Assembly: GCA_973895155.1 (NCBI GenBank)
Contig: OZ316892.1
Coordinates: forward strand, 19,259,457-19,323,456
Direction of reading: 5' to 3'
DNA: 64,000 nt
DNA from: Marsupella aquatica
Taxonomy: Eukaryota > Plantae > Marchantiophyta
Part shown: positions 51,801-64,000 of the stretch, piece by piece
Position numbering within the stretch: position 1 is the first letter of the stretch
Layout: each line of letters opens with the position of its first letter
Position numbers and translations under genes: made by a program
The notes under the pieces: generated by a model
Told to the model about the DNA's origin: nothing
Database searches by the model: none
What the model saw: the letters and a program-made list of their open reading frames with translations, nothing else

Positions 51801-54800
51801 TGGAAAAGCCAATTAGATGGTCCTTCTATTCCCTTTCTCAGCTTACATCGGATATCAGCAAAGTCATCACTGGTCTTTAGTAAGTTCAAAAGACCACGAA
51901 CTTGTGAGCTCTGTTCCTCTCCCTTGATGGTTCCTCCTGTTAAGAGTAGCAACAGAAACATGTAGACTATGAAAGCTTCTTAATCCGCGTCAGCACATCT
52001 GGAAGCTCTTCCATCTCACGTTCACTTAGAGGCCTATGTCCCTCTCCACAAGGTCTGATCAGATCTTTCTGTGCGAAGTTGTTGCTACAAGACTACGGAG
52101 GAGAGAAAAGTCGAATTCTCAGGTAAAGATTGGTCGTTTGCATCTACGTTTAGTGATGTTCTTTCTTTTGCTGATAACAAGCTCACGCATACTCTTAAAC
52201 TCTTTTGGCGCGCTGTTTGACTCCAAAAATGAATCGAGATTGGTCGTTTGCATCTACGTTTAGTGCTGTTCTTTCTTTTGCTGAGAACAAGCTCACGCAT
52301 ACTCGCAAACTCTTTTGGCGCGGTGTTTGACTAAAAAAATGAATCGAGATTTGTCGTTTGCATCTACGTTTAGAGCTGTTCTTTCTTTTGCTGATAACAA
52401 GCTCACGCATACTCGCAAACTCTTTTGGCGCGCTGTTTGACTCCACAAAAGAATCGTTCATTTAGTGTCTTTGCCATATTTCTTCATCCAAGCGGAAAGG
52501 ATAGGATTTGTAAGTTCGCCAACAGAAATCATACCTGCTGGTTATGTGCATCAACTTGCGCATTCTCAATTGGACGTGAGAACAATCTGCTAGGATTTTT
52601 CATGAAATGTTGGTCAAGAGGGCCCCCAAATGCGACATAGACTGCAAGAGAAGGCTTCTCTCTTCTGCCAGCTCTCCCTGACTGTTGCCATAAACTATTC
52701 ACAAGCATATATTGTTAGGAGCTGTAACAAGAGACGGCAATCCGATTACATGCAGGAAAACTGAAACTTTTTTTGATCGTATACACCACAATAGAGCTCA
52801 GCACCGGGAGTACAATGTAAGGGGAAAGAGAATACATCCATACAAATACATGAAGCGTGACGGAATGTGCTGAAGCATAGGGGGTCATTGAACTCGACAA
52901 GAAAAATGTTGACGAGATCAACCTCGCCACTGTACCAGGAAAACCCAGATGCAAAGTAGCATCCAGGCTTCCAATATCCACTCCTAGCTCCAGGGCATTA
53001 GTGGCAGCAACACCTCTTAGCTTCCCTGAAAACAGGTCGCTTTCTATACCCCTCCTTTCCTGAAGGTTCAGGTGATTTCCATTCAGAATGAATGTTATGA
53101 AACATACGATTCAATTCAACAATTCTCCATGACAACAAAATGCTCAGAAGCCAATGCATTGGAAAAAAAACTTTTCATACAACAAATACACCATATTGGT
53201 ATCATGCCAACTTTCGCAATTTCATGTCTAGTGCAGTCTGCGGACTATTATCATGGAGGATTCAAACAGAGAATATACCCAAGCAGTGTAGCCACCTCGA
53301 TACGATCGAATTTCACTAACTAGCTCAGGGGCAGTCTCTTTCAATATCTCACGTCTGTTGAACATTTCAATGAAAGCAGCATCATCACTTTTCGTTTAAG
53401 GGAACACATGTCCCTGGCAGCTGCATTCTGCTCTAGAGTTCCAAATTCAACCGATTCAAGCAAAAATACCCTCCTTGCATCTTTACGGAAAAGTCTGCAT
53501 AAATGGTTGGCTTACGTGTAGTTGTAGACCAGTTCGCAGAGCTTCCGGCTCTTACAAAAAGCAATACACCGCAAATTATGTTGTACCATCTCAGCCAAGA
53601 GTGTTGCCACCTCCACTATTGGGCTACAACCATTGACAAGATCATTCCATCCGTAAATTAGAGTAATGCCAGAGTCAAAAGTTCTCACTTCTTTAATTCC
53701 TTTCCTCATTTGAAAATAAGAAACCTCGACAGCAGGTACCAACAATATGTAAAGGTAAATCTTCGAGCTACAAAGGTGAGCTTACCATATAGGTGGCTTT
53801 TTCTTACCCAGACCTGTATTAATTCTATTTAAGCACGACTGGTCAATACCTGGCATGCTTCAAAATGACTCTTGAAGCTTCTCCAGTGTCTACCTTAGTA
53901 TCACGTTTGTCTTTCTGTTTTTGACCAACCTGGGGAAAATATTTTATCCACAGTTTCCACACCTCACGTTAGCACAAGTCCCCATGTATGTACGGAACAA
54001 AATTGCTTTGACGAATACGAACTTTCTCAAAGAATTGAAGTACTCTACATAGTGCAAAGATAGACTTCTACGACACAGACTTAGAGTGATAAAACCATAA
54101 CAGTTGGAGACCTCGGGCGTTTGACACCTAATTGTGTCAAGCATGCACTACTATCAAGGAATAAAGCCAAAGTAGTATGAAGTCATACGGGAGCCAAATG
54201 CGTAGGAGGATTCCAAAAGATGAATAACTTGTCCCCACAAGGACTGCCATCATTCTGCACCACTAGTATTTTTCGTAGGCCAAGAAGTTCCTAGTTCCAC
54301 ATGAGCAATCGCATATCAGTAACAACTTTTCGAATCAAATCCCAAAGCGTGGTGATCATAGCTGTAACCTCATCTGCAGATTATAAAATCAGATAAAGCC
54401 ACACCTGAAAAGTTTTGGCATACAACATAAACCAAAAACCCTGTCCATAAGTGATTCTAAAAACTCTTCCAAGAGCAAAGACTCAAAACCTTAAGTAGAA
54501 ATTTAACAATCTTCGTGGGGTTGAATTTCCAATCATTTTCCAGCAACTTTTGCTGCCACGATTAAAAAAATTGAGGAAGAAGGTGGTGCTTACTTGAGCA
54601 TGACTAGATGGATTGGCTACAGTCGCACTGCAAACAATAAATGTTGGTTCTGTTCCATACACTGCAAGTATAGTTAGGCAGTTTTGAGAGATAGATTACA
54701 AACAAAGGTCCGCACTCGTGGCTTCCATTTTGACTTTCAGCACTCTGTACAAAGCTTAGAGCTTCCTCTTCGATTGGCTACTTCAAAGAATTCAAGCTGT

Positions 54801-57800
54801 GTAAAGACGTAGCCTCACAATAATGGCATAGGCGACGCAAACGGCGCATAATTAGAGCCGTGTGACAGCCAAACACCCCTCGGTAAGCATGTGCCTCATC
54901 CACCACCACGTACCTGAGTTACAGGAATCACGATCTTGGACTTCAGACGATAAGCAGGAAATAGAATGAACATGGAATCTATGAAATTGAAGCTTGATCC
55001 ATGCTTCACAAGCAGAATCCAGCACATCAATTCTCTTATCAGAGACATCAAGAAAGTAAGTAGTGTTGACTTTGGACGTGGCTCCCATTATCTACGAGGG
55101 TTTCGCTGCGGGCATATACCTGAGATTGGACAGTATACGAGAGAATTGCCGGTGGGAAGGCATTATTGAAATATGCAGCATGTCAGGGTTGGTAATGAGC
55201 TGAAGTGCACATCCATTTTCCAGGAAAAAAATCCACGATGAGATTTCATTATGATGGTCTGACAGTGTAGTAAGGGTATATCAACGAAGTTGCAGTCGCA
55301 GTTTACTACGATCAAACAAGTAGCCTGATTAATACTCTTCATCTTGTTCAGGAAGGATCACTGAGCTGGTGTCGTGCAGAGATGGCTCCCAAACTACACG
55401 GAAGACCAACCCACACAATAAAATCTTTTGCATGCCAGTTCTCTGAGAACACTTTGTACCAGTCTGGCTGAATCTCGAAGTATGAGGCGGGTATCCTGTG
55501 CAGTGTCACCATCATATACGCCCATCTTCGTCGCTACAATTGTATTCTTTGACATCTCAAGTAAAGCCCGCAGCTGATCCTGAGCAAGTGCCTGCGGATC
55601 CATGATTAAAGTAAATTGATTAATATAAGTTTCTGCTGCTCAACCCCTCTTACAATACCCCCTTGTGGCCTGGTGGTAACGAGGCCTGATAAACCGGGCT
55701 TTTCTATCGTCGTTTCAAAAACAAAGCACGAAAATAATTGGCCCCTCACTTGAACCATGCAAATTTGACTAAGCCGCCGAAGATCGATCAAGGGCCAAAA
55801 CAAGATTTTAGAGGCCGGATCACTTGCCTTCGTGGGGAAAAGATAGAGTGCGCAAGATTCTTGGTTTTTATACATCTCCTCCAGAACTGGAATGTTGTAG
55901 CAAAGTGATTTCCCACTGGCTGTGGCAGTTGCAACTATTACATTTTCCCTTGACATAGCTGCATTTATTGCATCAGCCTGCAGTTCCACCTTCGACAGGT
56001 TATTTTAGGTATCCTACCTCACTAGACGCTCAAGATCTGAAATTAAATCTCCACTTTGTGCTGCGAAAACAAGGCATGATTCAATCTCTTAAGGATTTAT
56101 GAAGGTCACAGGCTTTGAATGGTAAGTACTGGTTGACCCAGGTAACGAGACCTCCAAGGAATTACCTATGTAAAAACACCTTCGGAGCCTATTATAATTT
56201 CAGAAAGTTACTAACCTGGTGGGTGTAGAAACGACTGATTCCCATCTTTCTCAAGGCAGTATCGGTTTCGTTGGTCAGAGTATGCTGTAGCTCACCATAT
56301 GCAGCATCACGGTGCTTGATGTGCTCGCAGTGTACAAACTAAGGAGGAGGCACAACGGTTGTCTCCATCAGAAAGGATGAGCCTCTGGCAAACGTCACGA
56401 GAAAACTACTTGTGCAATGGAGAAACTACACAACAAGGATTACTCACTTGTCCTGCGGATCCAAGGCCTTTCTTCAAATGCTCCATCATCTCTACAGCTC
56501 CGAGATGAATGATACTCTGCAATTTATTAACCCATCACACGTCACAAGGACATTTTAAACAAAGTTACACAAAGTTCAGAACAAGAACCAGAAGTAGGAT
56601 GCTAGGATTGACTGTACGAAGAGCACAAAATACATTCATAGTATTTTGAAAGGAGCTTTTAGAGATTTGCAAATTGATGCCAGGGAAAGGACGGATCATA
56701 AAGCCATGTAAGCGCATCGATGGTTTTCCCTAAACAACTAAATGTCTGCTCTTACATTAGTAACATTTGCTTCACGAGCGCAGTTGAAAAACTGGACAGC
56801 TGGAAGGCACGAAAACAAAGCACAGTACACATTGGATATAGGAAGGACGGCAAACACATATGCCAACAACAGTAGACTACTAGACTACCATACTGACCTT
56901 ATGTCAGTGAGTAGAGCCTACCTTGCAGCGGGTCACATTTTTGTGACCACGAGGTGGTCTTGGTAGGGCTGATGTCATCGAGCGGTCTTTCTCTTCTTTA
57001 TTCATGATCGTCTTTGCAGCAAACCTTAAATCCTCCATACTTAAATCATTAACTCCATTACTCGTGACCTTCCCACTTTCCTGAGCAAGCCTCAAGAAAG
57101 ATATGGCACTGCATCAGTTTCGAATCGAGCATGGACAGATTGACAACAAGTCCTTTCAAAACTGCTGCTTGGACAGTGTAGACACCTTGTACATGTATAA
57201 ACCTCGTGTAGACATTCAGCATGTCTACACGAGGTTTATGCAGCATGGACATTCCTCGAATGTAGACATCTTGAGCACATGACTTGTGAGGTCAATTCAA
57301 GTCCAGATTCGCATTGTAATATGTATTTGACAAATGTACAATACAGTAATACAATTGTAATACTGCATTTTGTATCAGCGGGTCAAATCTTGGAAACCAG
57401 GAGGGACAAGAAAGGGTTGTCATGTAATTGACAGGACAAAAGATATCTAGATCAAGAACTCTCTACTTCAGCCGAGAAACCAATTGGATGAAAATGCAAG
57501 GGCTGGGAGCTGAGATGAATACTGATAGCAAATCCAATTGTCGGAAATCAAATACATTGAAGACTCCATTCGTTAGGTTAGGTTTGGAGAGAAGAAGCAC
57601 CTGCAGATATTCAACTAGTTTTACCATCGCTTTCTGGAATTCTTTCTCTCGCCTTCCGACACAATTCTTTATCGCTTTGTCAGACAGCCGCTTGCCAACT
57701 TCAAGACATTGTGACAAGTAAGCAAAGACAAAATACACTTACAGGGACTTATCAACTTGTTTCAAAGACAGGAAAGAACAACGGGAAATCTGAATTGGAC

Positions 57801-59655
57801 CAGAATGTCCACCATGTGCAACAGATGGTAAAGAAAATCCTGCTAGTTGATTGTCAAGCAGTGTTTATGAAACCGGGACCCAGCTTTCCTATAGAAAAAC
57901 AAGCACCTGAATTTGGAAGATAGTCCGATGGTCCAATCTGCTCGATGTTAGTAGCACTGGCAACATTTGCATTTTCGACTTGTTCTAGTTTCTTGAGCAC
58001 GGAAGGGTCAAACAGATCTATGAAAAATGAAGAATCTCCTCCTTCTCCCGTCATGTTGCTTAGTACAACCAACTGCTCAGGGACAACCAACAGTTCAGTT
58101 TCCAGAGTGCAAATTCTGGTTGAGTCTACGTTGTTATATTCTAATAGCCTTCAACTGCCACGATCCACTCCTAAATCTGATTGATGGCGTGATTTTGACA
58201 GTTAAATGTAAGATATGTCCTCGCTTGACGCGACAAGCCACCAAGTTACACTTACCCTTGGGCAGAATAGAGCCAAGAGATGGATATCTTGCACACTAAC
58301 TTCTTCTCCTTCAGGACAGCAAAGTTGCTGCAAAGATTCCTTGACGTTTTGCCATGTTGGCTGCATGTGCTGCTTCTGTAAAAAGCCACACACTGCATTC
58401 AAAGAGATAAACACACTTTGCAATCTCTGTAGTACTGGAGGAAGAGCTGGGATATTGGTCTTAGGCAAGACACGGCCTCCATGCCCGGTCGCCTGTTTTT
58501 GGATTGCTCCTCCAACAGCTTCTTGAGACTGTTTTCTAAGTTCTTCATAAAAAACCTCAGAAGTGCCAAGATGGTCTTGCTTAGATTGCTTTAGTTGTGC
58601 GCTATCTTTCACAGTGACAGGTGCTGACGGTTTCCCAGCCGAATTGATATGTCTGAATTCTATTTTTCCAATTCCCCTTCCAGAATACGCTTCCTGAGCA
58701 TTTGACTGCTGTCCCAACTCCTCAAGTGCTTTGGCATCCCCATGATTCAACAATTCTCCATTCTTCGGGGAGACCGCGCTTAAATCATTTTCCCGGGCAT
58801 TTACAGCAGCCAAATCTCCAACAATAGCATGCCACATGGCCTCTGTGGGTTTCATAACCTCATTTTGCTGTGCAGCCAGCTCTGCACAGTTAGAGATACT
58901 ACTGTTCTGATCTCTCCTCGTTGGATTGTGAGATACTGAATCATGAGGATCGGTTTTTCCTGAGCACTCTTCGAATTTTCTTCGCTTGATTTTGTTCTTT
59001 CTTGCATATGGAACGAGGACCAGAAAATCGTTATCAGACAGACGTAATGAGCCAAGTTGAGTCGACGTATCAAGTTTTCCTCCCTGCCAGGCAGATTCGG
59101 GTCTCAGATCCAAATTTTCCGAAACATTTTAAGCAATGACAAAAAAATTGAAACTACAGAGCGTTGATTAGTTTTTATGCAGGGGCCAACTGGACACAGA
59201 ATTTCTTTCAACCTTCTTTCTGAGATAGTCTTCACTGTATAGAGTGTATGTACAAAGGCTACGTGCGTACAATTAGAACTACTGGAGTGCTGAACAACAA
59301 AACAAAAAAAAGTAAGCCTTTCACTGATTCATTGCTTATCACACCGACGCATGTGAGGGAATGAGGAGAATGGTACAGAGGAGTACGTTACGTGGACAAC
59401 CAAATGTGGCATAAACTAGTGGCTTCAAGAATACTACGGGAAAATTCCTCAGGAGGGACTAAATTCACTGGACAGCCCTGAGTTCACACGTACTTGGAGG
59501 AAAATATGGAAGTGCAAATTCGATTCCGAGTCTGGAGGCCATTTCAGCCGCTGCAAGTGCACTTTAAGGTGTTGTACGGTATCAGAGGCCTTCACTTCCA
59601 CCACAACGCTTTGGCCATCAATCGTCCGAAGTTGTAACTCGCGTTGCGTCTCCAT
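48872..59655 (-). CDS. HRQ1: HRQ1 (RecQ4-like) DEAH helicase with N-terminal ubiquitin-like domain and C-terminal DUF1998/MrfA-type Zn domain; many exons
   Basis: Ubl exon [31 protein letters not shown] (from 59655); motif [12 protein letters not shown] (~55900); [13 protein letters not shown]; ITNPDMLH; VDEAHAYRG (~54890); SAT; [14 protein letters not shown]; [12 protein letters not shown]; QQSGRAGRR; FDRHPGGIG; [14 protein letters not shown] and CSEYNEV. The stop is 48872 (via a last small exon from 48916) or 49066 if that intron is not spliced. Confidence 0.95.
52127..52458. repeat. Intronic tandem repeat, 110-bp unit x3
   Basis: agattggtcgtttgcatctacgtttag...acaagctcacgcatactc...cttttggcgcg.tgtttgact at 52127, 52237 and 52347, inside an HRQ1 intron. 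Confidence 0.95.
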
Positions 59656-60438
59656 GTAGAATCCCTCAAAGTGGTGGCACTACTGCTGCTTGAGGAGAGG
59701 ATTAGACGTATCCATTGCCGGTGAAGAGACGAACAAATTTAGAATTCGTCATAAATCGCTAGAAGCTTTATCCTGGCGGTCAACTCCAGCTTTGTGATCC
59801 CATCCCTCCTAATTTCGACGATCTTTACTTGCCGCACCAAGCGAGTTTCTTAAAGAAGAAGAACAGTTCTCTGAGCAGAATACAATTTGTAAAATCTCGA
59901 AATGACCAGCCATAAAACCTCCGCTCCGACGACACATCCATGAAATCTACCCTATCCATTCCCCAACGACGCTAAACTACTTTCGAGGTGAACACAGAGC
60001 AACAGGACAATCATCATCAGGACACAGTACCGCCGACATTGTGAGCTTCTTCATTGCTGCTCCTATTGGCGCTGGCCATCGCTCAAATTCAAAAAGCTCA
60101 GCTCATCAACATCCAATTACATCGACGACTCTTGTTGGAAAACTTGAAATGCGGAATTCAATTCATGCTGGACGGGATGGAAGAGTATCGGAGAAGCTGA
60201 GGGGTGTCCATAGGCCCCTCTACACTCCTTCTCCCAAGCTGTACCATCTTTCAACGAGGCAGAGTCCTTTGCCCAATTCGGAATTTGGATCCTCTCCTGA
60301 AGAGAACCTTCTCAGAACCTTAACAAGGCTCATCATTTTCATCATTTTTCAGAAAGATTAAACTAGAAACTCTCGTGAGAATTTTCATGAACATCAACTC
60401 TTTCCCCTCGTGCCCACCCCATTTTGTGTGTCCACCAT

Positions 60439-60546
60439 CCATGTTGTATGCTGGCTATTTGAATGAATTGGTTAGCCTCCATGTTGTATGCTGGCTATTT
60501 GAATGAATTGGTTAGCCATGTTGTATGCTGGTTTTCTGAATGAATT
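60439..60546. repeat. Tandem repeat, ~37-40-bp unit, ~2.7 copies
   Basis: ccatgttgtatgctggctatttgaatgaattggttagcc repeated. Confidence 0.9.
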
Positions 60547-60803
60547 TTAATTTGTTTTTTAAGGGTGAAGGAATTTCAATTTGTTTCTTAAGGGAAAAAA
60601 TAAAAAACATCAAATATTTTCTTACCCTTAAACCGCCACTCTCCATATAAGAGAAGGAGAAGTGTCTAAGATTTCTCTGTTTTTCACATTTTCTTCTGGA
60701 GAATGATACTTTGCTCCACAATTTCAGGAAACATGTACTGAAAAAGGCCTTAATTTCTTGCATAGCACTCTCCCAGGTAATTTTAAGACTCTTTCTGTGG
60801 GGA

Positions 60804-60850
60804 ATCTGGACATTGATCAGGTGAATTCATCACCTGATCAATGACCGGAT
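60804..60850. other. Perfect 14-bp-stem hairpin
   Basis: cattgatcaggtga-attca-tcacctgatcaatg (60811-60843), extendable by atctgg/ccggat after one mismatch. Confidence 0.9.
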
Positions 60851-62127
60851 AACATTAAAATAAAGTCTGCTTGGATGGACAGAGGGGTTTTCCGTGAGCC
60901 CAAATAGATTTCCAAAGCTTGGGTGAACTTACCCATGACATCTAAATAGACTCCTGTAGCACCTTTTACAGTTTTGATTGATATCTGACCCACACCGTCA
61001 ATGGGCTCCTGACGCTCTGCAGCTGATTTAAATTAGTCTTTTTTTGTCTCCTCATGCCCAAAATTTCCTTCAAAACACTAAACTATCCTTCTCCTAATTG
61101 GTAATTTGTCACTCAAGCCTAACTGACTCAAAGAGTCCTTTCCAAAAGTGAAGCATCCTTTGGCAATTGGTTAATAGCATTTGACCATTTTTTGTGCTCA
61201 TTGGAAGTAACCTTTAATTAGCCTGTTTACAGGTCACATAAGGTTTGTTTAACCTCAAATTTTTTGAGCATGTTCTCCAATGTCCAATCTCTTTCCTCAC
61301 AAAGTGTGAATTTTTTTTAAGATCAAACAGGCTAAGTAAAGGTTATTTGACATCTTCTGGCAGTTGGTTAAAAAAACTTTAGACTGTTTACAGCTCACAT
61401 ATGAGTCAAAACTCTAACAAATGTTATCTGAGCAAATTTTGATATTTTGAGCATCCCATCCCAGCTTTGGAAAATCCATGGGGGCTTCAAAACAAACCCA
61501 AGCCCCTCGTCCATCCAGGCTTTTTTGCTTTGAATATATTAGACCCCTACTGTGGTCCATCCACGCTTCACTATCAATACATTAGATATCTATAAAAGGC
61601 AATTAAAGGATTACTAGCTCAAGTGGACGAGGGAAAATATACCTCACGTGTACGAGTTCGTTCAATTTGTTTCGACCAAATGCCTCTTAGTCATAGACCT
61701 GGTAAAAGTATGAGTGAATTCAAAAGTATTTCATCCGTGCCTGATCTCGAGGTGCTTCTCATGCACGCAAATCTGAAAATGTAATCATGGAATAGATCGC
61801 CTCCTTCCCATCTCATCATACTCTTCGACTCATGGAGCTGAATAGATGCGCGCACTTAATTTGCTGCTCAAACCCTTGTTCTTGGAAACATTCCTCCAGT
61901 ATGGAGAACTGATTCTTGGCAAGTCACTCAGACAAAGCTCCGCCTTTCTGCCTTGATCAGTCAATACTGCGAGCAAGAAACGTTGCTGACAAACGATTAC
62001 TTTATCCATGATCTCACAGTGAGTGAGTTGTCGTTGATGCCGTTGTCATCGAGGAGAAGAGCAGTGAGCAGATCGATCGAGCATGTTGATGGTGGTGATT
62101 TGAGTACCTTGAAAATATCACGCGTGC

Positions 62128-62442
62128 ATGGCGATGGAAGAGGACAAGAGTTGGGCGGTGGCGGCGTCTCAAGAAGTCTTGCTCCCCCAAAAGCGGAAAC
62201 TTCCCAGGAAGTTTGGGTTGGTGGAGATCGACGAGGACGAGCTGAAGGACATCTTTCAATTCCTTGGACTCGGACTCGAAGCTGCGGTGGAGGAGAAACT
62301 GGTGGACGACGACGATGACGACGAGTCTGAAGAGATGCAAGACCTGGAGGAAAAGCTTCGAAATAGATTTCGGTTGAGTGACATCGAGGAGCAGCAGAAA
62401 AGTCTGTTCGGCGGCAAGGATCCGAAGAGGAGAAAGTTTTGA
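62128..62442 (+). CDS. Small acidic protein of unknown function, 104 aa, with NLS-like ends
   Basis: GC-rich coding-like codon pattern against an AT-richer background; in-frame stop at 62101 upstream of the ATG; good context (gcATGG); protein-like composition (QKRKLPRK, poly-Asp, PKRRKF). Confidence 0.6.
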   Translation: MAMEEDKSWAVAASQEVLLPQKRKLPRKFGLVEIDEDELKDIFQFLGLGLEAAVEEKLVDDDDDDESEEMQDLEEKLRNRFRLSDIEEQQKSLFGGKDPKRRKF

Positions 62443-64000
62443 GGCTAGCTTCTTAGCTTGGGATGTAATTTGATGATCAAACGTTGAAAGCGTCTTTTCT
62501 TGATTTTTTGTGAAGTCTTGCAATCACCCAACGAGAGGCAGACAAACGTACGCTTGACCACTGAACAAGACTCCAGATCGACAAGGCTGCTACTTCCTTC
62601 TGCAGACGACGCTCCAGAGTGCAAGATTACGTATTAGACGACTGGTTACGTATAGTGCAAGTATGAGCTGCTTCAGGTCGGTTGTCATATGATTGAAGTT
62701 AAGTGTCCAATTCAATGCTAAGATTGGACAACGCTTGACTTCAAGAAAGTATGACATTGAAAAAGTTCCTGAGAGTGCATCGAGGGCCGGGACAAGTGGT
62801 TGCTTGATAATATTGGAGCCGATCAAAACCTGGAGCGCTGACGTGCAAGAAACGATGATATTCGAGTTCTAAGGAATGCAATCATGCAGAAACGGAACAG
62901 TTTTGGATTGCTCGATATGAAGTATTGAAAATTCCAATACTAAATCTAGACAACTCTCAGTACGTGCAAGAATTTGACATTGGAGATGTCGGGAGTACAT
63001 CATCCATACATGAGTGGAACTGAGGAACAACTTTGGGTCGATTGATGATTATGATGGGAACGTTCATTACTGACTGTAGTCAACGCTAGTTTCTGGGAAG
63101 CCACCAATGCGGAAAAGCAGCAATTTAATATATGGCGGAAATTGTAGGCGGCAAAGATTGTTGCTAAGTAGAATGTAACGACCATTCGTGTGAGATTGGC
63201 TTCCTCGAGCATGCATGGGGGTTCAGAATGCGCGTAACTCCAAGCCTGAACGACCTAACTATGCTCTAAGTAGCTGGATGCGATCTCCTTCAGAACAAAG
63301 CCTAATTACTATGGCCGAAGGTAGGCATTCGGAACGTCGTTGTAGACTTTTCGAAACAGAACTATTATCCTTGCTTTGCAAGTGCTGCATCCTCGTACAA
63401 TGGCTTGGCAAAGACGCAGATATCACCTTGAATCTTGGTTAATAAAAAACCCATTTCTGCTTACGCCGGTGTGGAGCATTGATTGCTGGGATCGATGTGA
63501 CAGAAGGGTTACTTATCTCAAGAATCTGGTTTACCTTAGGAAGGACAGTAAAGATATCTCCTGGACAAAGACGGGTATTGCATCTTTTGGCGATTGCGCC
63601 TGTAATTGGAGGCCTCGTCCAGAGTGCTATTTTCTTGCTCAATACTTAGTTGGTGAATTATGTAGCAGTTCGTTTCGCTACTCCGCATGCCAAAGAAATC
63701 AGTGTCAGAATTAGTTACTGACTTGCTGGGTTGTTCCATCGTTTCTTGTTCTGCTGCTGCTACTAAACAGGCCAAGCTAGGAACCGATGCCATCACCATC
63801 TTGTCAGTCCAGGGAGTGAACCACTACATGTCCCTCTACCACGTCAATTCAAGCTGTGCGAAATTCTAAGGAGAGGAGTCCAGATACAGAATCAAGCGTT
63901 TGCCCAGCGGGAGCTCCACTCAAATTCTGGGGAACCTTCAACTTTCAATTGCTGGTTATGAATATTGACGACAGCTTTCTCCCATAAGCCTGGGCAGAAT

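Noticed and set aside
52036-52461. Repetitive ORFs ([11 protein letters not shown]...)
   Set aside because: By-products of the 110-bp intronic repeat; frames shift between units.
62014-62523. 169-aa minus-strand ORF and 121-aa plus-strand ORF
   Set aside because: They overlap the better-supported 104-aa ORF and have shadow-like composition.
63000-64000. Several 60-112-aa ORFs near the window end
   Set aside because: No recognisable domains and no consistent exon chain.

Overview
Eukaryotic, intron-rich plant DNA; no prokaryotic features such as CRISPR arrays or operons are visible. A dynein-assembly gene together with plant pectate lyases points to a land plant with flagellated sperm, most likely a bryophyte such as a liverwort (inference). 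The first ~9 kb is a nest of degenerate transposon remnants (solo LTR, a PPT-preceded LTR, CACTA-like pieces). Genes reconstructed by hand from splice sites: an intron-free DNAAF4/DYX1C1 (PF23) CDS (9608-11278, -); two tandem PL1-family pectate lyases (15843-18543 and 22053-25637, +) with a Kelch remnant between them; a 13-exon gene fusing an N-terminal TPR domain to a glyoxalase-II-like metallo-beta-lactamase (28398-33219, -); a plastid DUF1499 gene (38110-40992, -); a small F-box gene whose 3' end is tandemly repeated (46518-47874, +); a multi-exon HRQ1 helicase (~48872-59655, -); and an unrecognised 104-aa acidic ORF (62128-62442, +). Also present: several tandem repeats, two tRNA-like (SINE-head) sequences, two probable GC-AG introns and a perfect hairpin. 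The TPR-MBL fusion is the most unusual item.
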